Assembly: GCA_008632985.1 (NCBI GenBank)
Contig: QPGO01000218.1
Location: 62,001-117,546 of the forward strand
Origin: Psammoneis japonica
Lineage: Eukaryota
Length of the DNA stretch: 55,546 bases
Direction: 5' to 3'
Made by a program: the position numbers and the translations under genes. Shown piece by piece: positions 20,970-31,689 of the stretch; position 1 is the stretch's first letter, and the number at the start of each line of letters is the position of its first letter. The notes under the pieces are model-generated. The model saw nothing but the letters and a program-made list of their open reading frames with translations. It was not told the DNA's origin and did no database searches.

Positions 20970-21444
20970 TATTTGAATATCGGCACACACTGATCAAGAG
21001 ACTGAAACGCTTCATTGACTACTGATGAGACAACTTTTTCATAACGCATGGGATTGTTATGATTGGATCTTGTCGCTGTGATGCGGACGACGTTTGCGGT
21101 CGGCACATTATTTGCTCATTGCGCTTTATTTCTACCTTACAACAGTAATGCATTTTCGACTCATTCGACTCATTCGACTGAGGCTCCCGACGACTCCTCC
21201 CTCCTCCCCGCACTCCCCAGCGAGAGCTGAAGTCACTTCTACTACTACCTAGTTAGTAGAGCCTGTCTTTTTTTATGGAGCCTCGCGTCCTAACATCACT
21301 GATGCTGATAGCTAAGTGAAACATACCCGTCGGGACCACCAACAGTCGACAAAACGAAATAATTACACCTGCATCTCAACATGAGACGCGGGTTCCAGGT
21401 GAAGGGGAACAGACAAACGACGCTCCTAAGTCAGTCTACACAAC

Positions 21445-22763
21445 TTATCCTACACACAGTTTCACCAGGGACTCGGCCGCGTAATCTACGTCTTCATCAT
21501 CAACATCCATGTGAGTTACTGCGCGAAAGAGCTCTCCTCCTCGGCTGTAGCCTCCAATAAGTTTCACGCCATGCTCGGAGTCTAGACGCATGCACAATTC
21601 TTCCTTCGTAACTAGAGAGTTTTCCGGCATTGCAAAGTAGATGATGTTTGAATCTATCGATCCGTTTCTCAGTACACGGAAGCTATTTCGACTGAGTTCC
21701 GTGGCCAATCGTTTGGCTCTGTCGTGATCATGCTGCAGACGTTCAACATGATGTCGAACGGCATGCATTCCCATGCAAGCTACTACGCCCGCTTGGCGCA
21801 TCCCTCCCCCGCATCGTTTTCGTGCTCGTTTCGCCAAACGAATAAACTCCGTTGGTCCAACCAACACGCTTCCCAGCGGAGCCCCAAGTCCTTTGGAGAG
21901 ACACACGGAAACACTGTCTGCTGCTCTGCACAAGGAGGCCACAGACACCCTTGCGCAACCGCAGAATTGAAAATCCGCGCTCCGTCAATGTGCAGAGCTA
22001 CCTGCAGTTCCTCAGTGAGTTTCCCCATCGCTTCGATGTAAGCTGGAGGAAGGGCAACGCCACCCATCATATTGTGGGTGTTTTCCAAACACAAGACTGT
22101 AGTTTTTGCGTAATGATCGTCGTTGTCGAGCCGAAAGGCATCACGGATTTCGTCTTCGTTCATGGTGCCGTCTTGGTTTTCCTGCACCTGCCGCGTGTGA
22201 ATGCCACCAAGATTCGCAGCATTTCCTCCTTCATAGAGACATATATGCGAGTTTTCCCTACAATGATCTTTCCAGCAGTTTCACGGCCATTCACGGGCGT
22301 TTGAAGAAGTTCAATGTGAGATGAAGGGACGACGAGAAAGTGGATAAAAACAACCAATGGCCTCATACCTCGGATGCTCGGCCATGACAGTGCGCCAAAG
22401 AGCAACAAGATTAGACATTGTGCCAGTCGGTACGTACAAGGCGGCGTCCTTTTCAAAAAGATTCGCCATGTAATCTTCTAGTTCCAAAATGCTTGGATCT
22501 TCACCAAGAACATCGTCTCCAGTGGGGGCATGCAGCGCGCACTCTAACATTGCTTTTGTCGGCTTTGTGACTGTATCGCTTCTCAAATCAACAATCCTAC
22601 TTTTCGTACAAGATGACTTTCGCCTTGTGTCCTTCCGGTGCGAGTCTGAGTCTGAGGGAAAATGCTGGCGGCACGAAAGTGATGAAAAAGATAATCGCGT
22701 TGTCGGCGAAAAGTGGCGTTGCCAACGTTTCAACACCGACGCACATAGTCTAAATCCAAGCAT
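21445..22763 (-). CDS. Low-specificity L-threonine aldolase (GLY1/ltaE family); intron plus apparent frameshifts
   Basis: [44 protein letters not shown] and [14 protein letters not shown]...GGGMRQAG are spread across frames. Confidence 0.9.
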
Positions 22764-23864
22764 CGTGGTACCACCTCCAATTTAGCGGTTGGCTCTTGCC
22801 ATTTGCTATTGTATCATTTTGCAGAACCCTTGAGAATCCACGAAGGCAAAGAAAAGATCCAGCATAGTACCACCCACCCACCCCTCCTCGCACGACCTAC
22901 AGACTGCAGACACCCAGCCACCGGCCGCATCTTGAAGAATCTCACGAAGGCCTAAACTTGTGCTTTTCGCTAACTTGCCGTCATCAATCAAAGAGTCTAT
23001 CACAAGCGTTAGAAGTCGCCTAAAGCTCATCGAGTTGAATACAATGGCTATCCAGCAGTTCCTCACATCCAGCCACGGTTACATAATGAGTAGGATTTGT
23101 ACAGTAGAATTCGTTGAAACACACTGTACGACGTCAGCAAGAACATCTGTTACACTTGGCAGTAGATCGAGATATGAGGCGTCATAGTCGTACAAACGTC
23201 GTATAGTCGTAGTGGGTAGAACCGACTTCAACTACGAGATACATCATCGCACATTGAACTTCCACAAGATGTCGTTCCCGCTGACGTTCATAACCTCACC
23301 GGTGTGATGCCGCTGCTGTTAGCAGCACATCCCAATGTAGAACGCACGAGCGAACGATGACGTGTCAAGTAAATCGAGACGAGCGATCTACAACGTGTCG
23401 GGTCCGTCAATCATGCACGGAAGTTTGCTTCAACCCTCATTTTTCATGAGATCTGAACTTTTGCAAAGGAAGACTCTCCAGCCATCTCGACACAAAGCAT
23501 CGCCAGTTGCAGCTGAGACAACATCTGCGGGGACCAGAATGCACTGGTCGCAGAGTCTGCAGAGACCGGGAAACACCGGTTGCAGATTTGTCATTTCGCA
23601 TTCATTGTCATTCATTGCACTCTTGACACACTGAAGATTCATTGCACACACTCGTCCAGAAAACACTGGAAGTGGACCCTGCAGTGACTGGGAACACCAG
23701 TTGCAGGTCGGATCATCTGCCATCTGTTGATCATGTTGACTTTACTCAGATTGTTCTCATTGCAAGTCTCATGGGTCGTCGTGTTATCTGGTGTGCACCT
23801 GTTGCTGCGTTGTTGGCTCAACTTGTCTTTGCGCAGTGTGAGCCTGCCGTTGCAAGCTGTCTCA

Positions 23865-24632
23865 TGGATGACAGCAACACCAGGCACCGAGACAACACAA
23901 ACAGACGTTTTGAGAAGCTTCATTGCAGGAATGGAAACGAGCACGTCTCTTGGGTTTGTTTGGTGTGTGACAGATTGTCAAAACCGTCTCAGACTGCTCG
24001 ACTTTCTGTCAATGGATTGAATGAAGCCAGACACCTGTCAACTCCATCTGAATGGAACCAAGTGTCGGAAGACCTGCAAGATTGTCATCGCATCGATGAC
24101 GACCATGTTCCACGGGATTGCCGATGGATTTCCAACCTGTCACTTTCACCAAGAGCTCGACATGTTGTTCCGAACGACAACAGAAGGTCTGAAGGATTCA
24201 CTTGTTGCAGGCCTTGTAAAAGAAGTCTCTGCACTGCTTCTATGTCTTGTGGATGACAGCAACACCAGGCACCGAGACAATGTAAACAGACGTTTTGAGA
24301 AGCTTCATTGCAGGAATGGAAACGAGCACGTCCCTTGGGTTTGTCAGGTGTGTGACAGTTTGTTAAAACTGTCTCAGACCACTCGACTTTCCATCAATGG
24401 ATTGAATGAAGCCAGACACCTGTCAACTCCATCTGAATGGAACCAAGCATCGGAAGACCCACACGATTGTTGTCGCATCGATGACGACCACATTCCACGG
24501 GATTGCCGATGGATTTCCAACCTGCCACTTTCGCCAAGAGCTCGACACATTGTTCCGAACGACAACAGAAGGTCTGAAGGATTCACTTGTTGCAGGCCTT
24601 GCAAAAGAAGTCTCTGCACTGCTTCTGTGCCT
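23865..24632 (+). repeat. 385-bp tandem duplication within the Helitron (23865-24249 and 24250-24632)
   Basis: Both copies start tggatgacagcaacaccaggcaccgagac and align throughout, with about 15 differing sites. Confidence 0.97.
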
Positions 24633-27600
24633 CCGTGCGCAATGGCAAATGATTGCTGTTTTGGAACACCACCACCTGAATTATCGTGTCTTACCGAAGC
24701 AGAACTAGCTTCATCGACACCTGTGAAAACACATGGCTGCTGCTTCAGTTTTGTCGGTGGCAAACAGAAGAAACTGCAAGGTGGTCTTTCCCATTGCAAG
24801 ATAAACACAAAGAGCATCGCCCGCACCATTGTGCACTTTGACGTGTTGAACCTTCATCAAAATGTGGTTGTGTTGGCATCCGGCAAAATGACACCAGAGC
24901 AAAGGCGAATGGCCAGACAAAAGAACAAAATCAGGACTCACCATGTAATGAGAGCACTAGAATGGCTTGTCCATCACCACGAGAATTGGATGAATCAAGA
25001 CATCGATCTAGAGGAAGTGCGAAGTAATTTACAGAATCCAGTTTTAGTGGACAATGGCAGTTTAGACGAAAGCGAAAATGCAAACATTGAAACCACGGAG
25101 TCCCACAGTGTTCATTTCCCCGATGGCACCGTTTCTTCAACAACTGGTGGACAACGTAATTTAGACAGCTTCAAAGACTTGGTGCACGATGCAGCTGCAA
25201 GCGGTTTTGACATTGAATTCAAAGCTGATCTTTTGAAAGAATCAGTCAGTGACTTTAAGGACAACAACCTGGCAAATGCTTGCTTGCTGCAATTTCCTTG
25301 TGGGCGTGGCGGCATTGATGAAACAAGAATGAAAGAAGACGGGAGTCTCGCCGACTGTGCAAATCTAGCACATTGCGCAGATCACTTGGCCCGCATTTCT
25401 CAGCCCCATTTCCACAAGCAACTCTTTGTTCTGACCCTGTGCAATCTGACTGTGAAGCAACGAATGGTGCACAGTGCTGGATGGAAAGCAAGAGACAAAA
25501 ATCAAGCCAGACAATTCTCAAATGAACTGACACAAGACGACATCGACAGACCGGTGAACGCAGGAATTGCACATTGGGACATCGTTTCTTAAGTGCAGTG
25601 GATGTGGTGTCGGCATCTGTTCCACATGCAAATGAAGCAGCAAAAAAAATGAGAAGAAATGCTGAAACCTGCCAACACCACTTTGGACAACCTGGAGCAT
25701 TTTTAACGACAAGCCCCGATGATGCCAATTCCTTTTTAGTTCAAATTCACACGGACATGCTCATCGACAAAGGCAGAGATGTGACAGAAATGTCGGATGA
25801 AGAATTGGCCGAAAAGGCCAAGGCAAGAAACGAGCTTCGTGTGGAGCACCCGGGTGTCACGGCTTTTGCATTCGAAATGTCATTGGAAATCGTCACAGAA
25901 GAAGCAACAGGATGGGACTTAAAAAGGAATTCACCCAGAGAAGATTTTGAATTCTACGTGGGGAGACCCTCCGCTTTCATAGCTGCAATGGAAGAACAAG
26001 GTAGACTCTCGGCACACGGTCACATTCAGGCATGGTTTGAAGACACAAACACAGCAAGAGACAATCTGCATTCTGACAACAGAGATTTTAGGCGTGATGG
26101 TAAAAGAACACTGTCCAAACTGACCAGTCGGATCTGCACAACTGGGTTGATGTGCAGCGAGGATTGCACTCGACTGTCCATCATAGAGACTTTTGATCAT
26201 GATTGCACTGTTAATCTTGCCTGTCGTGCTGTGCCTAAAATGGTCAGCAATCAGCAGCTTCGATGCCCAAGGCACAAGCACGGTCAGAAATCAAAAAACG
26301 GCATGTTCGCGCATTGCCCTCATTGTGCTAAATGCTGGACAAACCCAGAGTTTGTGGCATGTTATTTGTTGAGTGACAACCGCGTCCCTGGTCTGACTGC
26401 TTGTCCAGACAACACAACAAAGAGACTTGAAGCCATGTGCACTCAGTGTCAACAATCCGATGAGAATGGGACAATCGAGCCATGCACTCCAGATGCTGCA
26501 TGCAGCCATCACATGCATGCCAACATCGCTTGTTTTTCTAAGCTGAAACAATTTCCAAAAAATGGAAAAAATTCCGAGAATGAAATGACCACTGGTGGAA
26601 GCGCGCGCAAGCGTAAATTGCACGAGATGCAAAATGCCGATTGCCGTTTCAATCTCCCCGCTGCACACAGCAAATGCAATGTAATCAGGAAAGCTCATGA
26701 TGCAAAAATTAAGTGGTTCTCTTGGGATGGCTCATTCCGTTGTAGATGCGTCAAAGAAATTGTCCCCAAGAGGAGAAAATGCGATGCTTTCCAGAATGTG
26801 TCGTGCCCTGCAATCAGCAGATCTAAGCTGACATGCAACACAAACATCGCAACTCTGATGCCAGGCCCCTCTGCACAGTGCACCATTGAGCACACACTCA
26901 AAGACACCCAAAAGGACGACACTGCCACTTGCCAAGAAGTGCTGAATGTCACTGACAAACTGGTGACAGAGCTTAGAAAGCATTCTTCTGATGCAGCGGA
27001 AACTGTAAGAAGATTGCTCTGGAGTGCTCATGCTCACAACAAAACCAACGTCATCAGACCGCCGCTTGCATCGTGCATTGCAAGAAACAGTGGGCGTTTT
27101 CTAACTTCTCATCAAACTGCATGGTGTCCACTCAAAGACATCACAAACATGCTAGAGAACGAAACAGTGTCTGCAATGGTTTCGCATTTCGGGGAGACTC
27201 CGTTCTGTCAATGTTTGGCCTTACATTGTTTGTGTCGACCCACACAAATGGAACATCTGAGTCCGTTTGTGTTCTGCAGAGCCCAAGTCTTCCACTTTCA
27301 AAGCCTGTTTAAAGGACCCAACCCAACAGATGACAGCTGAGGAAAAAGAGAAACACATGCTCGGACTGAAAGTGGCCCAACTGCCATTCACAATGAACAA
27401 TGCGACTGCAGGACACAAGCTTCAAGGAAGCGGTGTCGACAATGTGTTTGTGCACAGCTGGAGCTGTGCACAAAACTGGGCACATGTCATGCTCTCCAGG
27501 GTTGAGACCAGAAATGGTCTGCATCTTTGGCAACCGCTGAAGAGAGATTTAAGTCTGTGCAGACTGCCGGACGGGCATGACGCCCTGCTCCGGTTGATGG

Positions 27601-27662
27601 AAGGAAGAAGTGTCACATGCTTCACCAACGAACAGCATGATGACATTTTGCAGTCCAATTGA
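23865..27662 (+). mobile_element. Decayed Helitron-like RepHel element (DUF6570-like region, HUH Rep, C-terminal Pif1 helicase fragment)
   Basis: Motifs LSPRAR...MANDCCFGTPPPELSCLTEAE, LLQFPCGRGG, FGQPGAFLTTSPDD, EEQGRLSAHGHI (HUH), CRFNLP, degenerate motif 3 QCTIEHTLK, and Pif1 end NATAGHKLQG...AHVMLSRVETRNGL. Termini not identified. Confidence 0.85.
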
Positions 27663-28461
27663 CAAATGGAACATTTTGATGCTGCATGTGGGAATTGTTT
27701 CTACATTTTGGAAAATGTTCCAGGCTTCACACGCGGGCTTGCAGGCGTGCCCGGCAACAACCGACAGAAAACAAAGGGTCCAATCTAATGAATCGGTGTT
27801 GGCACATTGTTGCAATGATGGACACACTCAGCAACCAGTGATGCACAACGTTGGGACAGTTCTCTTGTCATCCACCATAGAACGATCACACCAGAATCAT
27901 CAAAAAGGGGAAACCCACGTCTCTTCTTGTGACACATCCATGCACGAACACAAAAATTAAATCGCCATTTTTTGACACAACATTGGAACATTGATGTAGA
28001 ATCACGTCGCACATTAATTGATTGCGAACCCATCATTCAAGCGTGTGAATTTTTTAAAAAATGATTGGTGGCAAGTAAAGATCAAAGCTCTAAAATTTGA
28101 TGCTCGCGCGCATGGCAATCCAAACCAGCCCGGGTTCCACACCTCCTCACTTCGTGTCCAGAGTTCCCACCACAAAGGAGGAACCAACATGAGCCAATCT
28201 AGAGAGTTGCGCATCCGAAGGCAGCATGTGTAATTCTGGAGCACATGAGTCTTCGATGGCATTTAGACAAATGGCAACTCTAGGCGCACACCGTGTTGCA
28301 TCTAAGAAACTGTGACAAATTTTTGAGCTTTAACAACAGCCACACGTCCCGCTCTCCGCTCATCAATTCCGCGGCAGACTGTCATTTCGCCATGCCCCAA
28401 GTCGGAAATGAATCTTCAAACGAAGTCCCGGAACTTTCAACTCACAATGTGTCACATGCAG

Positions 28462-28875
28462 TTGGGGCTCACAAGAGATTTCAAGAAAGATTTTCGCTTT
28501 TTTTGAAAACCAGCCCTTGTCTTTCTTGTGGTCAATCACTTCACTGCACTTGGTTGGTGGTTCTGCGGAAAGATTCATTCCTTCTAACTTGATCTTTTTT
28601 GAACCGATTTCGTCATCCAATCCACAATCGTCATCCATCACCTTGACATGAAGGACCATGTTGTCGAGGCCAGGAATGTCTTCAAAAGTGAACGTTTCAC
28701 CGCACTCAGGATTCAAGTCGTTCTCCTTCTTGCTGGAAGTCTTCTTGCCGTATCCCTTGTCAAACAACATGTTGTCCTGCTCGAGTTCAAACTTTACATG
28801 TGGATCAGACTTTCCAATTTTGTCGGCATCGCGAAGGTCTGTGATCTTGTCGAGAAGGACGGTTGGCACGCCCAT
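28462..28875 (-). pseudogene. C2-domain protein gene, mutated by TA->TG/CA changes (probable stop loss)
   Basis: MGVPTVLLDKITDLRDADKIGKSDPHVKF...NDLNPECGETFTF...VKVMDDD..DDEIG is a C2 fold with the canonical DPYV read as DPHV. The probable original stop TAA now reads CAA at 28462-28464. Confidence 0.75.
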
Positions 28876-29295
28876 GGTTGCAATGTCTTTTGAACTCGCA
28901 TGCCAAGCTCTTCCCGTTTCGGTTGCTCTTGCTTTGCTCTCGGTTTGTATTATGGTTATGGTCGCTGGTGTCTGGTGTCGCCAAAAATGAACGGGAATCA
29001 TCAATCTAAAAATCTCACAAAAGATCGCGATCCTTTTGGCGGGAAACGCAATTGATTGTGTATATAATTTATGTACAAGAATGAAGATTTCATTACGTGG
29101 ATACTCATAAGAATTAAAACATTCAGCACTGAATAGTAAATACAAACTGAAAGAAACTGCTTTTTCGCCTTTCTCGCTCATTTCTCCAAAAATGTTGGCG
29201 GAAAGGTGGTCGAATTTGTTTTTGCATTATTCTGGATTTTTGATCTGGCTTGTCCTTCCTGTCGCATTCCCATCTCTCACCATTATTTGCGCATC

Positions 29296-29955
29296 ATGCA
29301 TTGGCTACCATACAGTCGTACCTCTCCTTCAGTTTCTCTGATCTTGTTCCTTTTGTTGGAAGGTACAGTGACGTTCAGTGGTAAAAATAGCACTTTCGCA
29401 GCCGCCTATATCTGCAGTGAGAATGACGATTGTCATAATAATGGTACTTGCGTCGGAGATTCCAGCGAAAGGCATTGTGAATGTACAATAGGATACATTG
29501 GACCGCAATGTACGAGATTTTGCCCAAAACCGTGCTTGAATCTTGGGGTGTGTTACGAGGAAGCCCCTCATTCTGAAAGCTTCAAGTGTAGGTGTCGTGC
29601 ATTTTTTAGCGGGGATGAATGTGAAACCCCGTACGTGAATTGCGGCGACGGCAGTCGGTGCTACAATGGTGGCAAATGTAAGAAGGACGACGAAGAAAAT
29701 CGTCACAGTTGCAAGTGTCCGGCATCAGCTAGCGGAAAACGTTGTGAGGTTATGGAGCTAGTTTCTTCCAACAGTAGCAGGCTCGAACTTGGCGCTGTCC
29801 TCAGTATTGTGGTGGTTTGCGGTTTGGCTATCGCTGGAGCGTCTCTTTGGTTAGCAAGGCGGAAACGACGAATGAAATACAAACGCGAGGACATGTTTGA
29901 CGAGAGAGACAGCATAATAGATAGAAGTGCGGTGGATGCGATTGAGCTTACATGA
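29296..29955 (+). CDS. EGF-like repeat single-pass membrane protein
   Basis: Signal-like N-terminus, three EGF-type Cys repeats (CHNNGTC..CECTIGYIGPQC; CLNLGVC..CRCRAFFSGDEC; CYNGGKC..CKCPASASGKRC), a TM helix, then a basic stop-transfer sequence. Confidence 0.88.
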   Translation: MHWLPYSRTSPSVSLILFLLLEGTVTFSGKNSTFAAAYICSENDDCHNNGTCVGDSSERHCECTIGYIGPQCTRFCPKPCLNLGVCYEEAPHSESFKCRCRAFFSGDECETPYVNCGDGSRCYNGGKCKKDDEENRHSCKCPASASGKRCEVMELVSSNSSRLELGAVLSIVVVCGLAIAGASLWLARRKRRMKYKREDMFDERDSIIDRSAVDAIELT

Positions 29956-30030
29956 ACACCAAGCAGGAGTTCCTTGCATGACGCATACAAATATCATTCA
30001 CCACGCTCAAAAACGCCTGACCATTCTAGC

Positions 30031-31572
30031 TCATAGCAACCCGCTATAATCGGCTCCCATGTATGCAGTGACGGTTTTGAGTCGGCCGTTGAGTGAATTC
30101 TCTTCCAACTTTATGTTTCCCCGAAAGCCTGCTGCGAGAGCCGCTTGTCCCAACGATTCTTTATTAGCGTTTCTCGGTAAATCATAAACAACGAGTCGAC
30201 TTTTTGTAGCACGCGCCGCAAGCTTTAGGAGATCAAGTCCGTTGATGAAATCACTTCCCCACCCATCCGCAACTTCATCCTTGGGCGTAAACTTTTTTTG
30301 AGTCGGTGGACCAGACGAGAATGTGTCGAAAAAATCGTCTCCAACGCCTCCATGAAGATCGTTTTGGAGTTGTTCGTCCTGCTCGCTCTCTTCTGGAACG
30401 CCAATATTTGACCCGACACAAATCTTCATATGCTTTTCCAGATCATAACCGTCCTTTCCGAGAGTGTTGTAGTCGACGCCGCCCCACGGCGGATCCATGA
30501 ACACTGCGTCGATGCGATCGGGTAAGAGATCCAACCCTCCAATTGGATATCCTTCGTGTATTTCCATTTCGGCTTGTGCTCGTCCAGCTTTTGGCTCGCA
30601 TGCTTCTTTTACTCTATCGCCATTCCTGTAGCAGTGCTCCATAATATGCATGGTACTGCATTCCACGAAAATGATCTTGTCTTTTGGAATGTCGTAGACC
30701 GCGGCATTGTGAGCCGCCATTCTGAGCTTTTCTCTATCTACGTCTACTGATACGACCAATGAAATGAGTTCACGCGATAGCTTCCCAAACGCAATTGAGT
30801 TTCCTCCACATCCGCAGAAAGCATCCAATACCACAATGCCTTGGGTGTTGCTTATGTCCGATCCTGGCAAGCCTCTACGAAAGGCGGTGGAATTGCTCAA
30901 CTCACCCACTCGAGAGGCTACATGATGCGCAATAACCTGAGGTGTGACAGAGAACCATCCCTCGGCATCCAACTGAATCCCCTGATCAAATCTTGAAAAA
31001 AGCCTTCGACGCTGCGCCCAGTACTTATCATGCACTACATCAGGGTGCGGATTGGCAATGGAATTATCCACCACCTGCGACTCACATACTGACCAACGGA
31101 GAGTGTCGTTCCCGTCCATCTGGAGCGTATGCTCTCCAGTGGACCGGGGAGCTCTAAGAACGGCAACGGATTGCTCTCTCGAAGAATCGTCGTCAACGAC
31201 CGGAACCCAGCAAGAAACGTCTGGTGCAAAGTGATATGGGGCAACATGGAAATGTCTATGGTTTGAATGCTCGTCTCTGTTGTTGTGAGCGTGTCCTTCA
31301 CCGGGAGCCCTTGCCGGAATGTCCCACAGTTCAACTCGTTGTGTGATAACTGTCATGTCCGCGTGTGCCTTGTTTCGTTTGCCCTGTTGGTGACCTCTGT
31401 GTTGCCGATTCGGATTCTGCACGCCTCCTCCTTTGTTGCGTTGCGGTGATTTCTTATTCCTAGCCCTATTATTTTTGCGCCGTCGATTGTTGTTGCTAGA
31501 CTTTGAGCCTCCACCAGCACCACCACCTGGAGCTAAGCGAGGCGGACTTTTGCCATTGCTATCAGAACTCAT
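30031..31572 (-). CDS. TGS1: Trimethylguanosine synthase (snRNA cap hypermethylase)
   Basis: KYWAQRRRLFSRFDQGIQLDAEGWFSVTP, VLDAFCGCGGNSIAF, VFMDPPWGG and LPRN. Start taken as MSSDSNGK. Confidence 0.93.
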   Translation of the reverse strand: MSSDSNGKSPPRLAPGGGAGGGSKSSNNNRRRKNNRARNKKSPQRNKGGGVQNPNRQHRGHQQGKRNKAHADMTVITQRVELWDIPARAPGEGHAHNNRDEHSNHRHFHVAPYHFAPDVSCWVPVVDDDSSREQSVAVLRAPRSTGEHTLQMDGNDTLRWSVCESQVVDNSIANPHPDVVHDKYWAQRRRLFSRFDQGIQLDAEGWFSVTPQVIAHHVASRVGELSNSTAFRRGLPGSDISNTQGIVVLDAFCGCGGNSIAFGKLSRELISLVVSVDVDREKLRMAAHNAAVYDIPKDKIIFVECSTMHIMEHCYRNGDRVKEACEPKAGRAQAEMEIHEGYPIGGLDLLPDRIDAVFMDPPWGGVDYNTLGKDGYDLEKHMKICVGSNIGVPEESEQDEQLQNDLHGGVGDDFFDTFSSGPPTQKKFTPKDEVADGWGSDFINGLDLLKLAARATKSRLVVYDLPRNANKESLGQAALAAGFRGNIKLEENSLNGRLKTVTAYMGADYSGLL

Positions 31573-31689
31573 CTTGCTTAGGACTCGCTTCCCTTTGTCA
31601 TTGTCGTGATATGTACCGCATTGAGATATGAGAAAAAAAAAGTACAGTATCAACGCACGTGTCTGGCCGTCGTTTACGTCACGAAAGAC

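Noticed and set aside
24021..27340. Alternative genetic code or genuine Cys/His-rich metal-binding proteins in the 523-aa and 588-aa ORFs
   Set aside because: Neighbouring genes use Tyr normally, and duplicate copies disagree (Cys versus His) at the same sites, which indicates mutation.
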